A stretch of 63,440 nucleotides of DNA, counting the filler, from Rhabdomonas costata (lineage: Eukaryota): the NCBI GenBank assembly GCA_019059605.1. It is 45 parts of 45 records of this genome, joined end to end, with 100 filler letters (N's around TTAATTAATTAA, not from the genome) between each part and the next. Parts side by side here need not be neighbours in the genome. Positions count along the whole stretch, not along the records: positions 1 to 1,313 come from JAHMHO010019732.1; positions 1,414 to 2,727 come from JAHMHO010019733.1; positions 2,828 to 4,140 come from JAHMHO010019734.1; positions 4,241 to 5,554 come from JAHMHO010019735.1; positions 5,655 to 6,964 come from JAHMHO010019736.1; positions 7,065 to 8,377 come from JAHMHO010019737.1; positions 8,478 to 9,790 come from JAHMHO010019738.1; positions 9,891 to 11,203 come from JAHMHO010019739.1; 37 more parts are not named here. The stretch is one strand, 5' to 3'. The notes below the pieces were generated by a model. It searched no databases. It was not told where the DNA came from and saw only the letters and a program-made list of their open reading frames with translations. This document shows positions 1 to 11,789 of the stretch, piece after piece. Position 1 is the stretch's first letter. Every line of letters starts with the position of its first letter. A program made the translations under genes and the position numbers.

Positions 1-31
1 GTGGTGGGTGCCTTGTGTGGCATTTGCTTCC

Positions 32-802
32 CAGGCTGGGGGCCAGACACAGCCCCGTGCAAGTCGCCGGAACGGGCCATTCCTGGAAAGCAAATGCCAC
101 ACAAGGCACCCACGGTACCCTCAAGACACCCTCGGTACGCTCAGGACCTCAAATACTCCGATCAATTATTGCAATCGCCCTTCAGCAGGAATGGTTGCCG
201 CCTTGCCGCGCTGTAGATAATTGTCCTGCCTCTTGGAGGTCTGCTCAACGGTAATCCATTAGAGTGCGCACGTGGGGATGAGGTTGCAAGACCATGTCGA
301 TCCCATCGATCAATGGAACACAGGCAACAAAGAGCAAGAGAGGAGTGCAAAGGGGCCCCGGAGTGAAAGGCAAAGCAGGAACTACCTCGGAGGCCGAGCC
401 CGCGTGAATCTCTTTGGGAAGCAGCGAGAACACATTGAGGTGCAGCAGCGAGAAGCTACCGCAGATCCTGTGGCAAAATGCGCGAACCCGCGGAGAGCCC
501 ATAGATTATCTAACGGTTTCTGTGGATTTTAAAGCGCAGATTGGGAAGATAATGACAAGGTACGGGAAGGTACTGGCGAGTGTGAAGTCCTAAAAGCAAT
601 AATTTGATAAATTCCAGATGGAGCCGAGGCGGACACAAATTAAAATCCGATTGCATAATTGGCGGACCGGAGTGTGCACGAAGGACAGGGGTGGGGGTGG
701 GGGGTTGCGCGCGCACTTGAAATCTAGCACTCCCTCGCGGTCCAGACAGACCAGGGCACTGAACCGGCCCTCCGGAGAGATCTCCAGGTGCGGCCGCCCC
801 GC
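32..802 (-). CDS. APC4: Probable anaphase-promoting complex subunit 4, internal fragment (exons 802-717, 467-386, 82-~32)
   Basis: Phase-consistent GT-AG splicing gives AGRPHLEISPEGRFSALVCLDREGVLDFKICGSFSLLHLNVFSLLPKEIHAGSASEEWPVPATCTGLCLAPSL. This resembles the APC4 segment RFxxLxxGDxDGxxxFSIFGxFxIGxINI...I.xVxLSxDL. Confidence 0.5.
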
Positions 803-1313
803 CTGGTGACCCCTGGGATGAGAGAGCGCGCTCAGTTCAAGACATGAGAGAGCGTAATTCACCCATTATCCTCAGCTTGCCATGATTCTCCGCATTGGAG
901 CAACATCATCCCATTAAAAAGTTCCGATCCCCAGTGACTCAAGTTGACTCACGAAGCTTCAAGCATACAATGGATGACATTGGCCCCTTCGCCCACATAT
1001 GCACCCCAAATGAAAAGCGCGCGTCCACGACGTTTCTCAGGAAGCATTCGGAGTTGAGTACAAAGATAAAAGGAGCAGTGTGGAGGGAAACAGCTGGGAA
1101 CTCACACGACAGGGATTCGGGGTAGCGACGCTGTGTATATGTATGTGGTTCCATGAAGCATACATGTCCCAAAGGTCAACCTCGGGTATGGTTAGCCTCC
1201 AACTGGCGTCGCGGTCACCCTGTACCACAGAAAAAAATACGAACAAGGACAAGGGTTGCGCCATAACTCGACTTCTGCACAGGTATACACTTTTGTATGG
1301 AAGCTTTTCCCAA

Positions 1314-1413
1314 NNNNNNNNNNNNNNNNNNNNNNNNNNNNNNNNNNNNNNNNNNNNTTAATTAATTAANNNNNNNNNNNNNNNNNNNNNNNNNNNNNNN
1401 NNNNNNNNNNNNN
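1314..1413. other. Artificial 100-bp contig linker N44-TTAATTAATTAA-N44 (first of 44 copies, about every 1.41 kb; last at 62029-62128)
   Basis: An identical palindromic six-frame stop cassette flanked by 44 N recurs between contigs of near-constant length (about 1303-1314 bp). This indicates size-sorted concatenation. Confidence 0.99.
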
Positions 1414-2650
1414 GGTGGGTTGGACATTCCACCGGAGGTGCGATGAAGAGCGCATTCAGTATTTCACTCAAGAGATCTCATCCCTTACGAGACAAGAGCG
1501 CTTGATTACGTGGGAATGTTACCAGAGGATGAGGCATACGGCCGTAAAGATCCAAGGGACAGCGTTAAATATGATGAAGGAGGAAGTGATGATCCATTCC
1601 CATCCACATGTATAAGTGTAGTTCCAGGGAAGTTAACAGAGGTCAAGATCCAAGCCTAGTGGAGGACTGACTCCATTGCGGAGTCATGATTACGGAAAAG
1701 ATGACGACGAAGATGAAAAAGTTCGATGGTCAGACCCAGTCAGGAGTCCTTGCACAGAGGAAGGTGAGGTGGTTCCAGAGAATTTAGATGTTACTGCTAG
1801 ACCAGAGGAGTATTACCTGGAAGCGGAGGACGAAGCGTTCACAGACGCAGAGCTTTCGGAAGGGGACGAGGTTTTTGCAGCCGAACCAGAGCAGTACCAT
1901 ACTCTCCAGAACCAGATCTGTAGGAGATAAGTGAATACGGCTCAGAGAGTGGATGTCCGGAAGATGGCGAACAGTTTACAGAGCATCTGCTGTACGTGGA
2001 ACCACAGGTGGTGGAGATTTCCACCAAAGCCAGAGCTTGTGGAGACAGTATGGCGGAGCGTTTCAGAGAGTTACAGAGGAGAGCGGATGAAAGATCTGTG
2101 CAAGAAGCAGTTCAATGGCCCCGCGAGTGGTATACTGATGTTTTGCGAGTACATTTTGAGGACTTTCCATAGGGTGTGACGTATGAAAAAAGTTTACAGG
2201 ATGATGCTTACTGAGAGATAATGTTGCGTCCAATTGTAAGACAAGCCTATGTCTAGAGTTTGGTGCGGAAGAAGAAGTTAAGTTAGAGCCGAAAATTTTA
2301 TAGCGATGTGTTACAATTTGATGGTGACACATTGCATTAACCTGTTTGCTTCAGAGAGGCACCATACAGTAGAGGCATTAGTGGCATTGGGCCATAATGC
2401 TCTTGCTTTTGTGTGAAGTCCAGGTGTGTGCCTGTACGCCAAACCGCCGTGGTGCATCATTGCTTACGTGCTGGCGAAAGCATGTCGGGAGAAATCTCGG
2501 CTGATGCTGGTGACTCCAGAGTGGCCAGATGCACCGTGGTACTCGACGCTGAAGGAGCTGACGGTGCAAATACAGCGTTGGAATGGAAGGTTGTACCTTG
2601 ATTCCACAGGGCGTTGAGGTCAAATCCCAGCTGGATACGCTCTTTTATTA
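1414..2650 (+). pseudogene. Decayed retroelement-like polyprotein ending in a Dam-like DNA N6-adenine methyltransferase domain (~2268-2640)
   Basis: Intronless and purine-rich. ORFs at 1415, 1676, 1931 and 2426 share one frame, broken by stops. The C-terminal part reads INLFASERHH...NALAFV*SPGVCLYAKPPWCIIAYVLAKACREKSRLMLVTPEWPDAPWYSTL, matching the IDLFAS...W...YANPPW...LVxPxWxxxxWY pattern of DIRS/LTR-element MTase domains. Confidence 0.7.
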
Positions 2651-2903
2651 CGCGGTTGAAAGAGCGTATCCAGCTGGGATTTGACCTCAACGCCCTGTGG
2701 AATCAAGGTACAACCTTCCACACCAACNNNNNNNNNNNNNNNNNNNNNNNNNNNNNNNNNNNNNNNNNNNNTTAATTAATTAANNNNNNNNNNNNNNNNN
2801 NNNNNNNNNNNNNNNNNNNNNNNNNNNGGTTGTGACCTGAGTGGGGTGGGTATGGGATGGGGATGGGCCTTGCAGCGTGGATGTGGGAGGGTCGCGAACC
2901 GAC

Positions 2904-3929
2904 AAGCAAGTCCACCGCACAGGCCGAGCACAAGGTGTGCCCGCACTCCAGGAATCGCGGCAGCCGCTCCGCCATCACGTTGCTGAAAAAACATTGCAGC
3001 AGGTTTTTTGAAACCAACAGATTCGTATGGTATTTGCTCCAAATCTTGTCACGTGTCCCAAAATGCATTTCTTGTGCCTGGGGGTTATGCATATGCTTCA
3101 CAATGACGTCCACCAGCGGTCCGTAAAACCGGTTGAGCGGAAGGCGGACGGGAGGGGAGTGGGGGGTCGATCTTTCGACTTTCTTCATAGAATACAGAAT
3201 CTTCGAATCTTCTCACGCTAACTCATTTAAAATCACGTTTATTCACGTTAAACCCGCTTCATCACATCAAACCACCTAAATCACGTGCAATGACCTGGGC
3301 GCGATGGAAGCTGGGGGACGGGGGACTTTTGCTCATTTACCCAATTACCCACAAATCAGTTATCATTTGACCAACGAGCCAATAAAACAACTTGTAAACG
3401 ATTGATGAAACCCGACAGCACGCCGGACATCACTTGGTTTTTGTGAATCTTTTGATTGAAGGGGTGAGATAAACTTTGCTGGTGCTCCGTTTTTGAGTGT
3501 TATAGCTCAGCAGCTGGAAACTTCTTTGGGTATGGATATGGCCGGACGAGTAGGTGACAGCATTAGTTTAGGGGCGAAGTCCCCAGTCCCAGTCCGCAAC
3601 GCGGAGCGGGCGGCTGCGGCGGGCACGTGACCTGGGGGGTTTTCAACGAATATTTTAAGACATACCCTCAATAAAACCCCCCCTCAAATTCCAGAACACA
3701 ATAATCAAAAGCAAATTGAAGCGCGGGGAACCGTGAACCTCCTCCCAATCATTTAACATTGCTGTGCACCCAGTCCTATGGAAAACCACAGGTCACCCAA
3801 TTCGAGGGAAGAAGCGAGTGCGGCGCAGGGGGCAGGAAAGGCGGACTTGTAGGGCTGAAGGCACCGCGGGCAGCGAGTCCCGGACACAGCCGCTCCAAGC
3901 CCAAGCCCAAGTCCAAGCCCCGCAGGGTC
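2904..3929 (-). CDS. RING-type zinc finger protein (E3 ligase), fragment (exons 3929-3847, 2982-~2904)
   Basis: Splicing out an 864-bp GT-AG intron gives CPRCLQPYNNVMAERLPRFLECGHTLCSACAVDLL (CxxC...CGHTxCxxC). Confidence 0.8.
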
Positions 3930-4369
3930 CTGCAAGAGGGAAGGGTGCATGTACAGGGGGAGAGGCGTTCGAAGGGGTGAGGAGCGGAACACATTAGACT
4001 TTTCAACCAACGCCATTTGTCAGGTCAATGAAAAAATGTCCAAACGCAAATGCAAAAGACTTTGCGCACGCCTCAGCCCGACACATCTGCACGTAAACCT
4101 AAAACCTAACCCCCCCTCCCCACAACCGCAGGCTCTGCGCNNNNNNNNNNNNNNNNNNNNNNNNNNNNNNNNNNNNNNNNNNNNTTAATTAATTAANNNN
4201 NNNNNNNNNNNNNNNNNNNNNNNNNNNNNNNNNNNNNNNNATCCACACCTATGTCAGAGCAGGCGCGAACACATGGGGCTTGACGCCCCGGAGGAGCAAG
4301 ACGAACAGCACCGGCACGAGCACGAGCACCATGACCCACCCCATGGATGTGGATGGCGTCGTGGTGGCA

Positions 4370-4394
4370 TTCTTCTTCTTCTTCTTCTTCTTCT

Positions 4395-4432
<38 letters not shown>
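4370..4432. repeat. Compound microsatellite (TTC)n(TGC)n
   Basis: Directly visible trinucleotide runs. Confidence 0.95.
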
Positions 4433-4515
4433 GAATTGAAGGTACTAGGGTTGCCGCTTCGAGTGTACTGTTGCCCGCCGGAAAAAGCACTCAACCCCAC
4501 TCCAATTTAACTCAG

Positions 4516-5430
4516 GGGCCATGGCACCTACGTCACGGAGAGTGGAGAGATGCTAGCCAGTCTGTGCGGGGTCCTGGAGCGGGTTAACCGCCTGGTCACC
4601 GTGGTGCCTTTGAGGGCGCGCTACATCCCTCGGGTCGGGGATGTGGTGGTCGGGCGGGTTACCGAAGTTCAGGTTTCCCTCCTCCTCCCCTTTGGCTCTT
4701 CTCATTCACGGTTGACTCTGCTGCAGCACAGTGCGACACAGTGGGTGGGATTAAATCAAAGATTCTGTCATAGACCTCATGACCTGCTCTATAACCACGC
4801 TTGCCTCCTGTTCATTCACACATAGGCTCAAACCTAATGGTTATTAAATAACTCAACACTTTGGAACTCTTTTCCTTAGAGTTCCAAAGTGTTGAGTTCT
4901 TTAATTACCATTAGGTCATTCCTTGCATTTCTTGCTGCCGACTGACGTCATTCCGTGATGCACTGCTGTGGTTAGCCCAAGCGGTGGCTGGTGGACGTCA
5001 ACAGCCTGCAGGACGCTGGGCTCAACCTGAACTCCATCAATCTCCCCGGCGGCGAGTTGCGGCGCCGCAAGGACGTTGACGCCCTGAACATGCGCATGAT
5101 GCTGGAGGAGGAGGATGTGTTCAGCGTAAGTCCGCCTTCCCCCCAAACAGAAGCAGTCGCATTGTTGCTGCACTACTCTTCTTTCTTCCCACGCAGCAAC
5201 TCTATATGGAACTTCCAGAAATTGTCTTGGGGTGATTGTTTATTTTTTGTCGCACGTCTATCATGAGGGTGCGCATTTCCTGGCTGGATGGCGGTGTCAG
5301 TGTTTGTGATCCCGGTCTCCTAAAGCACGCTGTTGCGCTGCGCTGCTCTGGTCGCTTTTTTCAGGCTGAGGTCCTGGAGGCTGGCGAAGGGCCTGCCAGC
5401 CTGCATACTCGCAGCGCACTGTATGGAAAG
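4516..5430 (+). CDS. RRP4: Exosome complex component RRP4/EXOSC2, fragment (exons 4516-4672, 4976-5125, 5365-5430)
   Basis: Spliced product GHGTY...LASLCGVLERVNRLVTVVPLRARYIPRVGDVVVGRVTEVQPKRWLVDVNSLQDAGLNLNSINLPGGELRRRKDVDALNMRMMLEEEDVFSAEV...SLHTRSALYGK carries diagnostic RRP4 motifs. Confidence 0.95.
4832..4916. repeat. 85-bp AT-rich palindrome (39-bp arms, 2 mismatches, 7-nt loop) in an RRP4 intron; MITE-like
   Basis: acctaatggttattaaataactcaacactttggaactct pairs with agagttccaaagtgttgagttctttaattaccattaggt. Confidence 0.85.
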
Positions 5431-5654
5431 GTTGTTCACCCCGCCCCCAACTTCCACAACATCCCATCACACCGTTCACCTGGTTTAATCGACGGCGACT
5501 ATGGGTTCAATGTCATCACGCGAAGTATTGGGATGAGCTTCTTTCTCCCTTGAGNNNNNNNNNNNNNNNNNNNNNNNNNNNNNNNNNNNNNNNNNNNNTT
5601 AATTAATTAANNNNNNNNNNNNNNNNNNNNNNNNNNNNNNNNNNNNNNNNNNNN

Positions 5655-6703
5655 GGTGGGCGCCCGCAGGGACCATGGCGAGCGACTGCGGAGGAGGGCT
5701 GCGCGAGGGGTCGCAACGCTCCCCCATCATGCACACTCCCACGCTGCTGACATGGGCACAGAAGTCCTAAGGAAGGAAAGAAAACCCCACGGCAAAGTGA
5801 AACCTAACCACAGCAGGATCAGAGTGTGGTGACCTCGGCAGAAAGCAAAACATTCTTCATACCAGTAATATTTCCGATTGCCGACTGCAAACAACCAAAA
5901 AAATGCTTCTTGTGTGTATTTCAAGTTTCGGGCGGATTGCAGTTGGGGAGACCAAAGCTACCAAAAATAACCAATGTTAATTACAATTTGGATGTGCGTG
6001 GTGGTGGTGGGGGCGTCAGATAGCAATGCACGTGCCCCATGGGACTGTGATACAGTTCAACTACAGGAAGGATCTGACATCCCGGATTCCTAGTTGCTTA
6101 TACAACTTGCTCTTTGAGACATTTCGAGAAAAATGAAGAAGAAACCAGATCTGCAAAATGAAGGGTGTGTGACGAGACCAAGCTGAATGCAACTTCTTGA
6201 CGAGCACACCTCCAACGATATCCAAAACGTTCCGTCGTTCACAACTTCCACTTGCAGGAGCTGTGCGGGAGCAACATTTGAAAAACCAACCGAAACAGGC
6301 CTTGAATTTTATCATGAAACACCACAAACCACGGCATAACGCAGTTTTAGCCTGCTTTTTTTTTTGGAAGCTCGATCCACAAGTGCATATGAAAAGACCC
6401 GACAAACCACAGAACAGCAAGGCTGGTGAAAGCGGGTGCGGCTGCGTGATGAGAAGCTACCTCCGTAAAATTGGCTGACGTATGCTGCAAAACAGATACA
6501 AATCCACCTGAAGGTCCACTTCGCAGGCAGAGGGAAAACGCTGAAAGTACGAGCTAAAAATGAACTGTTCCCGTCGCGCACACTTCTTTCAGCTTGGGGT
6601 GCTGGGCCCACCCCGGCCAATGGTCAGAGTATCGCCCCTGCCACTCCCCATGGCCATAAGGATTCCGCAGTTTGAAGAACAGGTTGCTCTCGGCTTGAGT
6701 TAT
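5655..6703 (-). CDS. Calpain-family cysteine protease, C-terminal part of the catalytic (CysPc) domain (exons 6703-6584, 6260-6210, 5766-contig edge)
   Basis: Spliced product ITQAESNLFFKLRNPYGHGEWQGRYSDHWPGW...KLKE|LLQVEVVNDGTFWISLE|DFCAHVSSVGVC contains LRNPxG (catalytic Asn) and DGxFW motifs. Confidence 0.9.
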
Positions 6704-7105
6704 CTGAGCCCCAACGCCAAGCAACTCGTTCTCCCATTTCCTTCGAAGTCGAAAAGACGAAACGGAAAAAAGCTGCTCCCACCAAGCTCCCATCAAGAAA
6801 GGTTTTGGTATGGTCTGATTTCACGGAGTCCAGGAAAGACATTCACACCAGCAACGGATCCATCACGGCAAAAAAATCCCGGCAGATGACAGTCTGCACC
6901 CTCCCCTCCCCTCGGATCAGCTGCGCATTGCAGAGCAAGTCCCTCGTTAAGATCCAACAAACCCNNNNNNNNNNNNNNNNNNNNNNNNNNNNNNNNNNNN
7001 NNNNNNNNTTAATTAATTAANNNNNNNNNNNNNNNNNNNNNNNNNNNNNNNNNNNNNNNNNNNNGGGGTTTGGCGGGGATTGTTGAGTTGTCACTGGTCT
7101 CTCAG

Positions 7106-8377
7106 ATTGATGTCACACATACCCTGGCGCTGTACGACCACGTCAACTTTCAGGACTTCGGCACCTCTCTGCTAACCTGCTACGTGATGTCCACCGGAGA
7201 GAACTGTGTGTCTTGTGGTGGTGGTTTTTTTCCTGAATGATGCGTCGTGTTTACACCAGTTTCAATCCATCATGCCATGCCATTGTTGGTGACAAGGTTT
7301 ATTGACCAAAGTTCAACCACAGAGCACGACGTGCCGAAGCAGAGGAAATGCATGTCGCAGAGGAGGTGTGGGCCTCCAGCAGGATGTGTGCGAAACAACG
7401 CGAGCGTCCGCGTGAGAAATTGGGGACATCTCCTCTGCTTCCATCCGCTGAACAGGGCCGGGCATCATGAGCGACCTGATGGCCACCGGCCCCCCGTTCT
7501 GCGACCCCAGCCTGGACAACTGCGGGCAGCCCTGGGCTCCGCTGTTCGCGCTGGGAATCCAGTTCGTGATCAGCCTGGTGCTGCTGAACACCTTCATTGC
7601 GATCGTTGTGGACACCTTCTACCGCATGCTGCAGCAGGAGAAGCACATCACGGCGATGGAGCGGAGCATCGACGAGTTCTGCCGGCTGTGGACGCAGCTC
7701 GACCCCACGCACACGTGGTGGGTGGAGGTGACAGATTTCATCGAGCTCCTGGATGAGTTTCGGGACACCTGGGACAACAGCACCGAGGGCAGCGCGGTGT
7801 TCCGCGCTGGAGGGGAGGCCGCGAAGGAGGAGCGGCATCGCTTCCGCCTTCAGAGAGCGATCGGGGCGCTGCAGGTCCGTGGACGAGGTCCTTAGGTTGG
7901 GTTCTAATGTAATTGATGTGTAGGAACCTCTGGGGTGGAGATGCAGATGACTCCACCCCACTCGACCCTTTTCTTTCCCCAACACGAAAGTTTGTGTCTG
8001 TTGTTACGTCGAGGTGGTTGTGGTTTTGTCTCCATTCAGTCAAAGGCAGTCTTGCTGAAGTGTGTGTTTGTGTGTGTTTGTGTGCTGAAGTATGAGTGAT
8101 GAGTGGCTCACCGCAGGTGCGGAGCAATCACGTGTATTTCGTGGACGCGATCACGATGATGTTCTACCAGCGCATCGGGGACCAGCTTCCGCCCCGCCTG
8201 GAGGCTGACCTACGCTCCCACGGGGTGCGCCGCCGGAACTCCCAGGCCTACGCCGTGGGCGAGCCTGTGCCCTTCCGTGCCACCTTTGGGATTGTCCTGG
8301 CACAACGTCGGTTCCGCGTCCGCAACGTCCGCCGCAGAGCCCTCCGCCAGCGCCCCTACTCCCCGGAGCGCGACCCG
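7106..8377 (+). CDS. Voltage-gated Ca2+ (Cav/Nav-like) channel alpha subunit, last pore loop, S6 and C-terminal tail (exons 7106-7205, 7456-7874, 8117-edge)
   Basis: Reads NFQDFGTSLLTCYVMSTGENW|PGIMSDLM...NCG...LLNTFIAIVVDTF...FCRLWTQLDP...VYFVD, followed by an IQ-like AQRRFR segment. Confidence 0.9.
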
Positions 8378-8949
8378 NNNNNNNNNNNNNNNNNNNNNNN
8401 NNNNNNNNNNNNNNNNNNNNNTTAATTAATTAANNNNNNNNNNNNNNNNNNNNNNNNNNNNNNNNNNNNNNNNNNNNGTCCAGTGGGCACTGCGCGGAGT
8501 GCAGCGAGGGAAGGGTAGAGGCGCCTGAGGGGAGCAAGGGAGCCGCGGGAAGCACCATTATCTGGTGATGTCATTACTGTCGAAACGGTAAGGATGGCTC
8601 TCCCTATGGCTGCTTACGAATCTCCATCCAAGCAGGAGGCAGACGCTATGGAGGGAATGGAGGAGTGAGATCGGTTAACTCAGTCGTGTGATCCTTTGGT
8701 GAACGCAGAACTTTGAATCTAGTCATGGGAGTGCTTTGCTTTTTAATCTTTCTTCTCTGGGGGTGGGGTGGGGGTGTTATTCTAACCCACATACAGACGT
8801 GCTGTGCTTCTATTCTTTCTCCCGTGTGGTTCCTGTTTTGGCTGCGTCCTCGCTTTGTTTTTCTGTGGGCGCATGGGCGCGAGGGCTCGTCCCTCGCTGC
8901 CTACGTTTCTCGCCGGGTTCTCCCTTCGCTGCTCGTTTTCCTTCGCATA

Positions 8950-9400
8950 ATGAGCGGAGGCATCCATCCTTTGGAAGAGTCTGGGACGCTCACCAACCTG
9001 TACTTCTATTTGTGGAAGAAAAGAGCCAACACAATTGAGGTTTGCCCACTTCTGTCACCTCCTCCCCGTACACCCTGGGATTTAGTTAGAGGAGCGATGC
9101 TGAGTTGCGAGTTCACACTGTTGAATGCAGACGGTCAGTTTGGCGTAGTGGAGTGGAGTGGAGTGGAGTGGAGTGGAGTGGAGTGTATAAGAACTTTCTC
9201 TGCAATGATCAAAGAAGGAGAGTGAGAGAGAGGTGGCCGCCGCCTGGGTTGGCATGGCCTTGGCATATTGTTTGGATGCAAGCATTTGGCGTGTCTTCTT
9301 TCGTCATCCGTCAGTCGTGGATTCAGGCATTTCTTTTTGCAGAGTGGGCTTGAGGTGAAAGTTCCAAACACTGTGGTGTACGAGCACAACTTCCCCAAAG
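8950..9400 (+). CDS. Hypothetical protein, N-terminal exons (8950-9039, 9343-9400)
   Basis: ATG plus an in-phase GT-AG intron gives MSGGIHPLEESGTLTNLYFYLWKKRANTIE|SGLEVKVPNTVVYEHNFPK. Function unknown. Confidence 0.6.
9147..9185. repeat. (GGAGT)n pentanucleotide microsatellite, intronic
   Basis: Directly visible. Confidence 0.9.
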
Positions 9401-10122
9401 GTAAATGAACTGTTTTTTCTTTTCATGCGTTACCTGTGTGCTGTGTAGACCCTACCAACTCTGTGTGGACAGTAAGTCAAACCTGAATCTGAACGTCTCC
9501 AATGAAGCCATCTGTGAGACCACAAGCGTTTTGGAAGTAAAAAAGAAAGAAACAGATATCCCCAAGTAAAAGATGAAAGACCAGAGAAAGACGGATATAT
9601 TTGGAAGGAGAAGCCCCTGTGACGACTGGCATCTAATCCTATTTATATTCATCCGGTCGGCCTCTGCTGCCTCCACACTTGCTGTCTGGATAATGCAATC
9701 GGTTCATGTATCTGGTCATCCTCTGCGAAGCTCACCTGCTGCATTCCTGAGAAGTACCTTTGCCTATTGCCGGGGTGGGTACACCACCACNNNNNNNNNN
9801 NNNNNNNNNNNNNNNNNNNNNNNNNNNNNNNNNNTTAATTAATTAANNNNNNNNNNNNNNNNNNNNNNNNNNNNNNNNNNNNNNNNNNNNGGGGTTTTTG
9901 GACCCGGACCCTCTGTATCCTGAGAGTTTCGCTTGCCGGGGTTTCTCTCCAAAAATCCAAGTCTCGAATCAGATAGACGGCAGAAGACGTAAATCACTGG
10001 CAATAGAATGCATCACAAAAAGTAAACGCACGCTCACAGACAGGCGCACAAGCAGCTCCCACCGCTTTAGGACGACCCACTGTGTGCGTGTGCGCGCCTG
10101 CGTGCGGGGTTGGGTTTTTTAC

Positions 10123-11095
10123 CTTCTTGCAAAGCTCCTCGAGCATCTTCTTCTCGTTCGACGCAAGGAACTCTTCCTGCAATCCGGAAAGGGACAAAGA
10201 AGGTAGGCCACGGGGAAACTGTTTGCACGTCACTGATGGATGGGGACGGGGTCTGCCAAAAAGCTTGGCCGCGACGCCAGAGAGAAGCTCAATGGAAACC
10301 AACAATCTTTCAAAACTATATTGCAATACAATTCGAAACACTTCATGTACACACGTCTTTTCCAAATGTACACAACATTAACTTATTCCGATTTCCGTGT
10401 TGGAAATGGTTGATCATCTCACGTGCGGAGTTAAGAAACACCAATAGTGTCGTATAACTGCTGCCAACTGGGCCCAGGCGAGCGAGCGAGAAAAGAGACA
10501 GGGGACATGTTGGGACTTGAACTGAGGGGGGGGGGGAGACGGCGTGGTAACCTTGGCGTACATCCTCTGCTCATGGAACTCGTGAGACTCGTTCAACATC
10601 TTCATCACGTCCTCCTTATTGTCGAGCATCTGAGGGGTGGGCAGCAGCACGCACCAATCCAACCACACCAACCCCTCTCTATTGCATCTGCAAGTGACGA
10701 TCTCGGTCTCTAAATTCCCAGCTCACAACCTCTAAACGAGTAATTGAATAATACCATGACAGCTGAAAGATGAAGGGCGAACAAGAACGTACGTGTATTT
10801 TCCCTGCAGCCCTGCTTTCAGTGGGGTGAGAGTGGCATCCTGCAACCTCCAACCTCTAACTTCTTTTGCACTCGTTGTCGCCTTAACCGCCCTTCAGGCT
10901 CTGAAGAGCACAGACATATGTTTTATCACCACTAACCGCAAGCGTGTTGCCCCGTAAACAGGCACTCCACCGCCCACATAACATCACACACCAAATAGTG
11001 CCAAAGCAGAGGAGAGGGGTAGAGTGCGGTGAGGGGTGGAGTACCGCGAGGACTTGCTTGTGGCCGTCGTCGCCCACAAAGAGGTCAGAGTTGGC
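10123..11095 (-). CDS. DRC3: Probable dynein regulatory complex subunit 3 (DRC3/LRRC48), C-terminal coiled-coil exons (11095-11045, 10629-10552, 10176-10123)
   Basis: Three phase-0 exons give ANSDLFVGDDGHKQVLA|MLDNKEDVMKMLNESHEFHEQRMYAK|EEFLASNEKKMLEELCKK. This resembles the DRC3 pattern LxDKDxxxxxxxxSHDxHxxxIxxxEDxL. Confidence 0.55.
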
Positions 11096-11789
11096 CTACG
11101 TGAGGACGACAAGAAAACAGGTGAGGCAAAAGTGGTGCCTCCAACCCTCAGCCAACTTTCTAGGAACGGGACAGGGAAATGGCTCGAGAAAAGACAAAAA
11201 ACCNNNNNNNNNNNNNNNNNNNNNNNNNNNNNNNNNNNNNNNNNNNNTTAATTAATTAANNNNNNNNNNNNNNNNNNNNNNNNNNNNNNNNNNNNNNNNN
11301 NNNGGTTGGGGGGATGTCTACGGACCTCGCAAAGTACATCGCTGAAGAGCCAGCACCTCGGTTACCCTCCTCAATAGCAAATGTACTGTGTCTTTCTTGC
11401 CTTGGTATTCCTCTGCGTCTGTCTCCCCGGGTGCCAAATGCTTATGCAATTGACGGTGGAGACCGTCGCCCGTGGTAGCACCGCAGATACACGCGGATAC
11501 ACGTGGTCATGGCCTCTTCAAGGTTGTGTTCCGTTAAAAATTTTAAAAGGCGAGTGCCCCGGTTATGCGCAGTCTTGCGCTACTTGTGGCTGCTTTTCAA
11601 GCAAAAAGAAAAATTAAGAGCGCTTCTGTGCGTTTTTCGCTGGATGTTTGTGCTGAAGGGTGGAGTGGCTGGGCGACGTGTCGCCGGGAAACGGGCCCTG
11701 GAATGCACCCTCTACAAGGCTTTTGGTGGTGCTCAGCGTTGTACTTCATCTTTTATTTGGTTATGGTGAGTTGTTGGGTGTGCACACAG

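Noticed and set aside
4-113. Inverted repeat at contig start
   Set aside because: It copies the intron/exon junction of the APC4-like gene at the contig edge: an amplification fold-back chimera.
2586-2720. ~60-bp perfect inverted repeat resembling a transposon ITR
   Set aside because: It duplicates coding sequence, sits at the contig end and finishes in an A/C primer tail: fold-back artefact.
4249-4587. ORF-track entries with poly-Q/K, poly-L and poly-F/C; also VQFSS and VEWSG repeat ORFs
   Set aside because: These are translations of microsatellites. Most other listed ORFs are antisense or intron read-through shadows of GC-rich exons.
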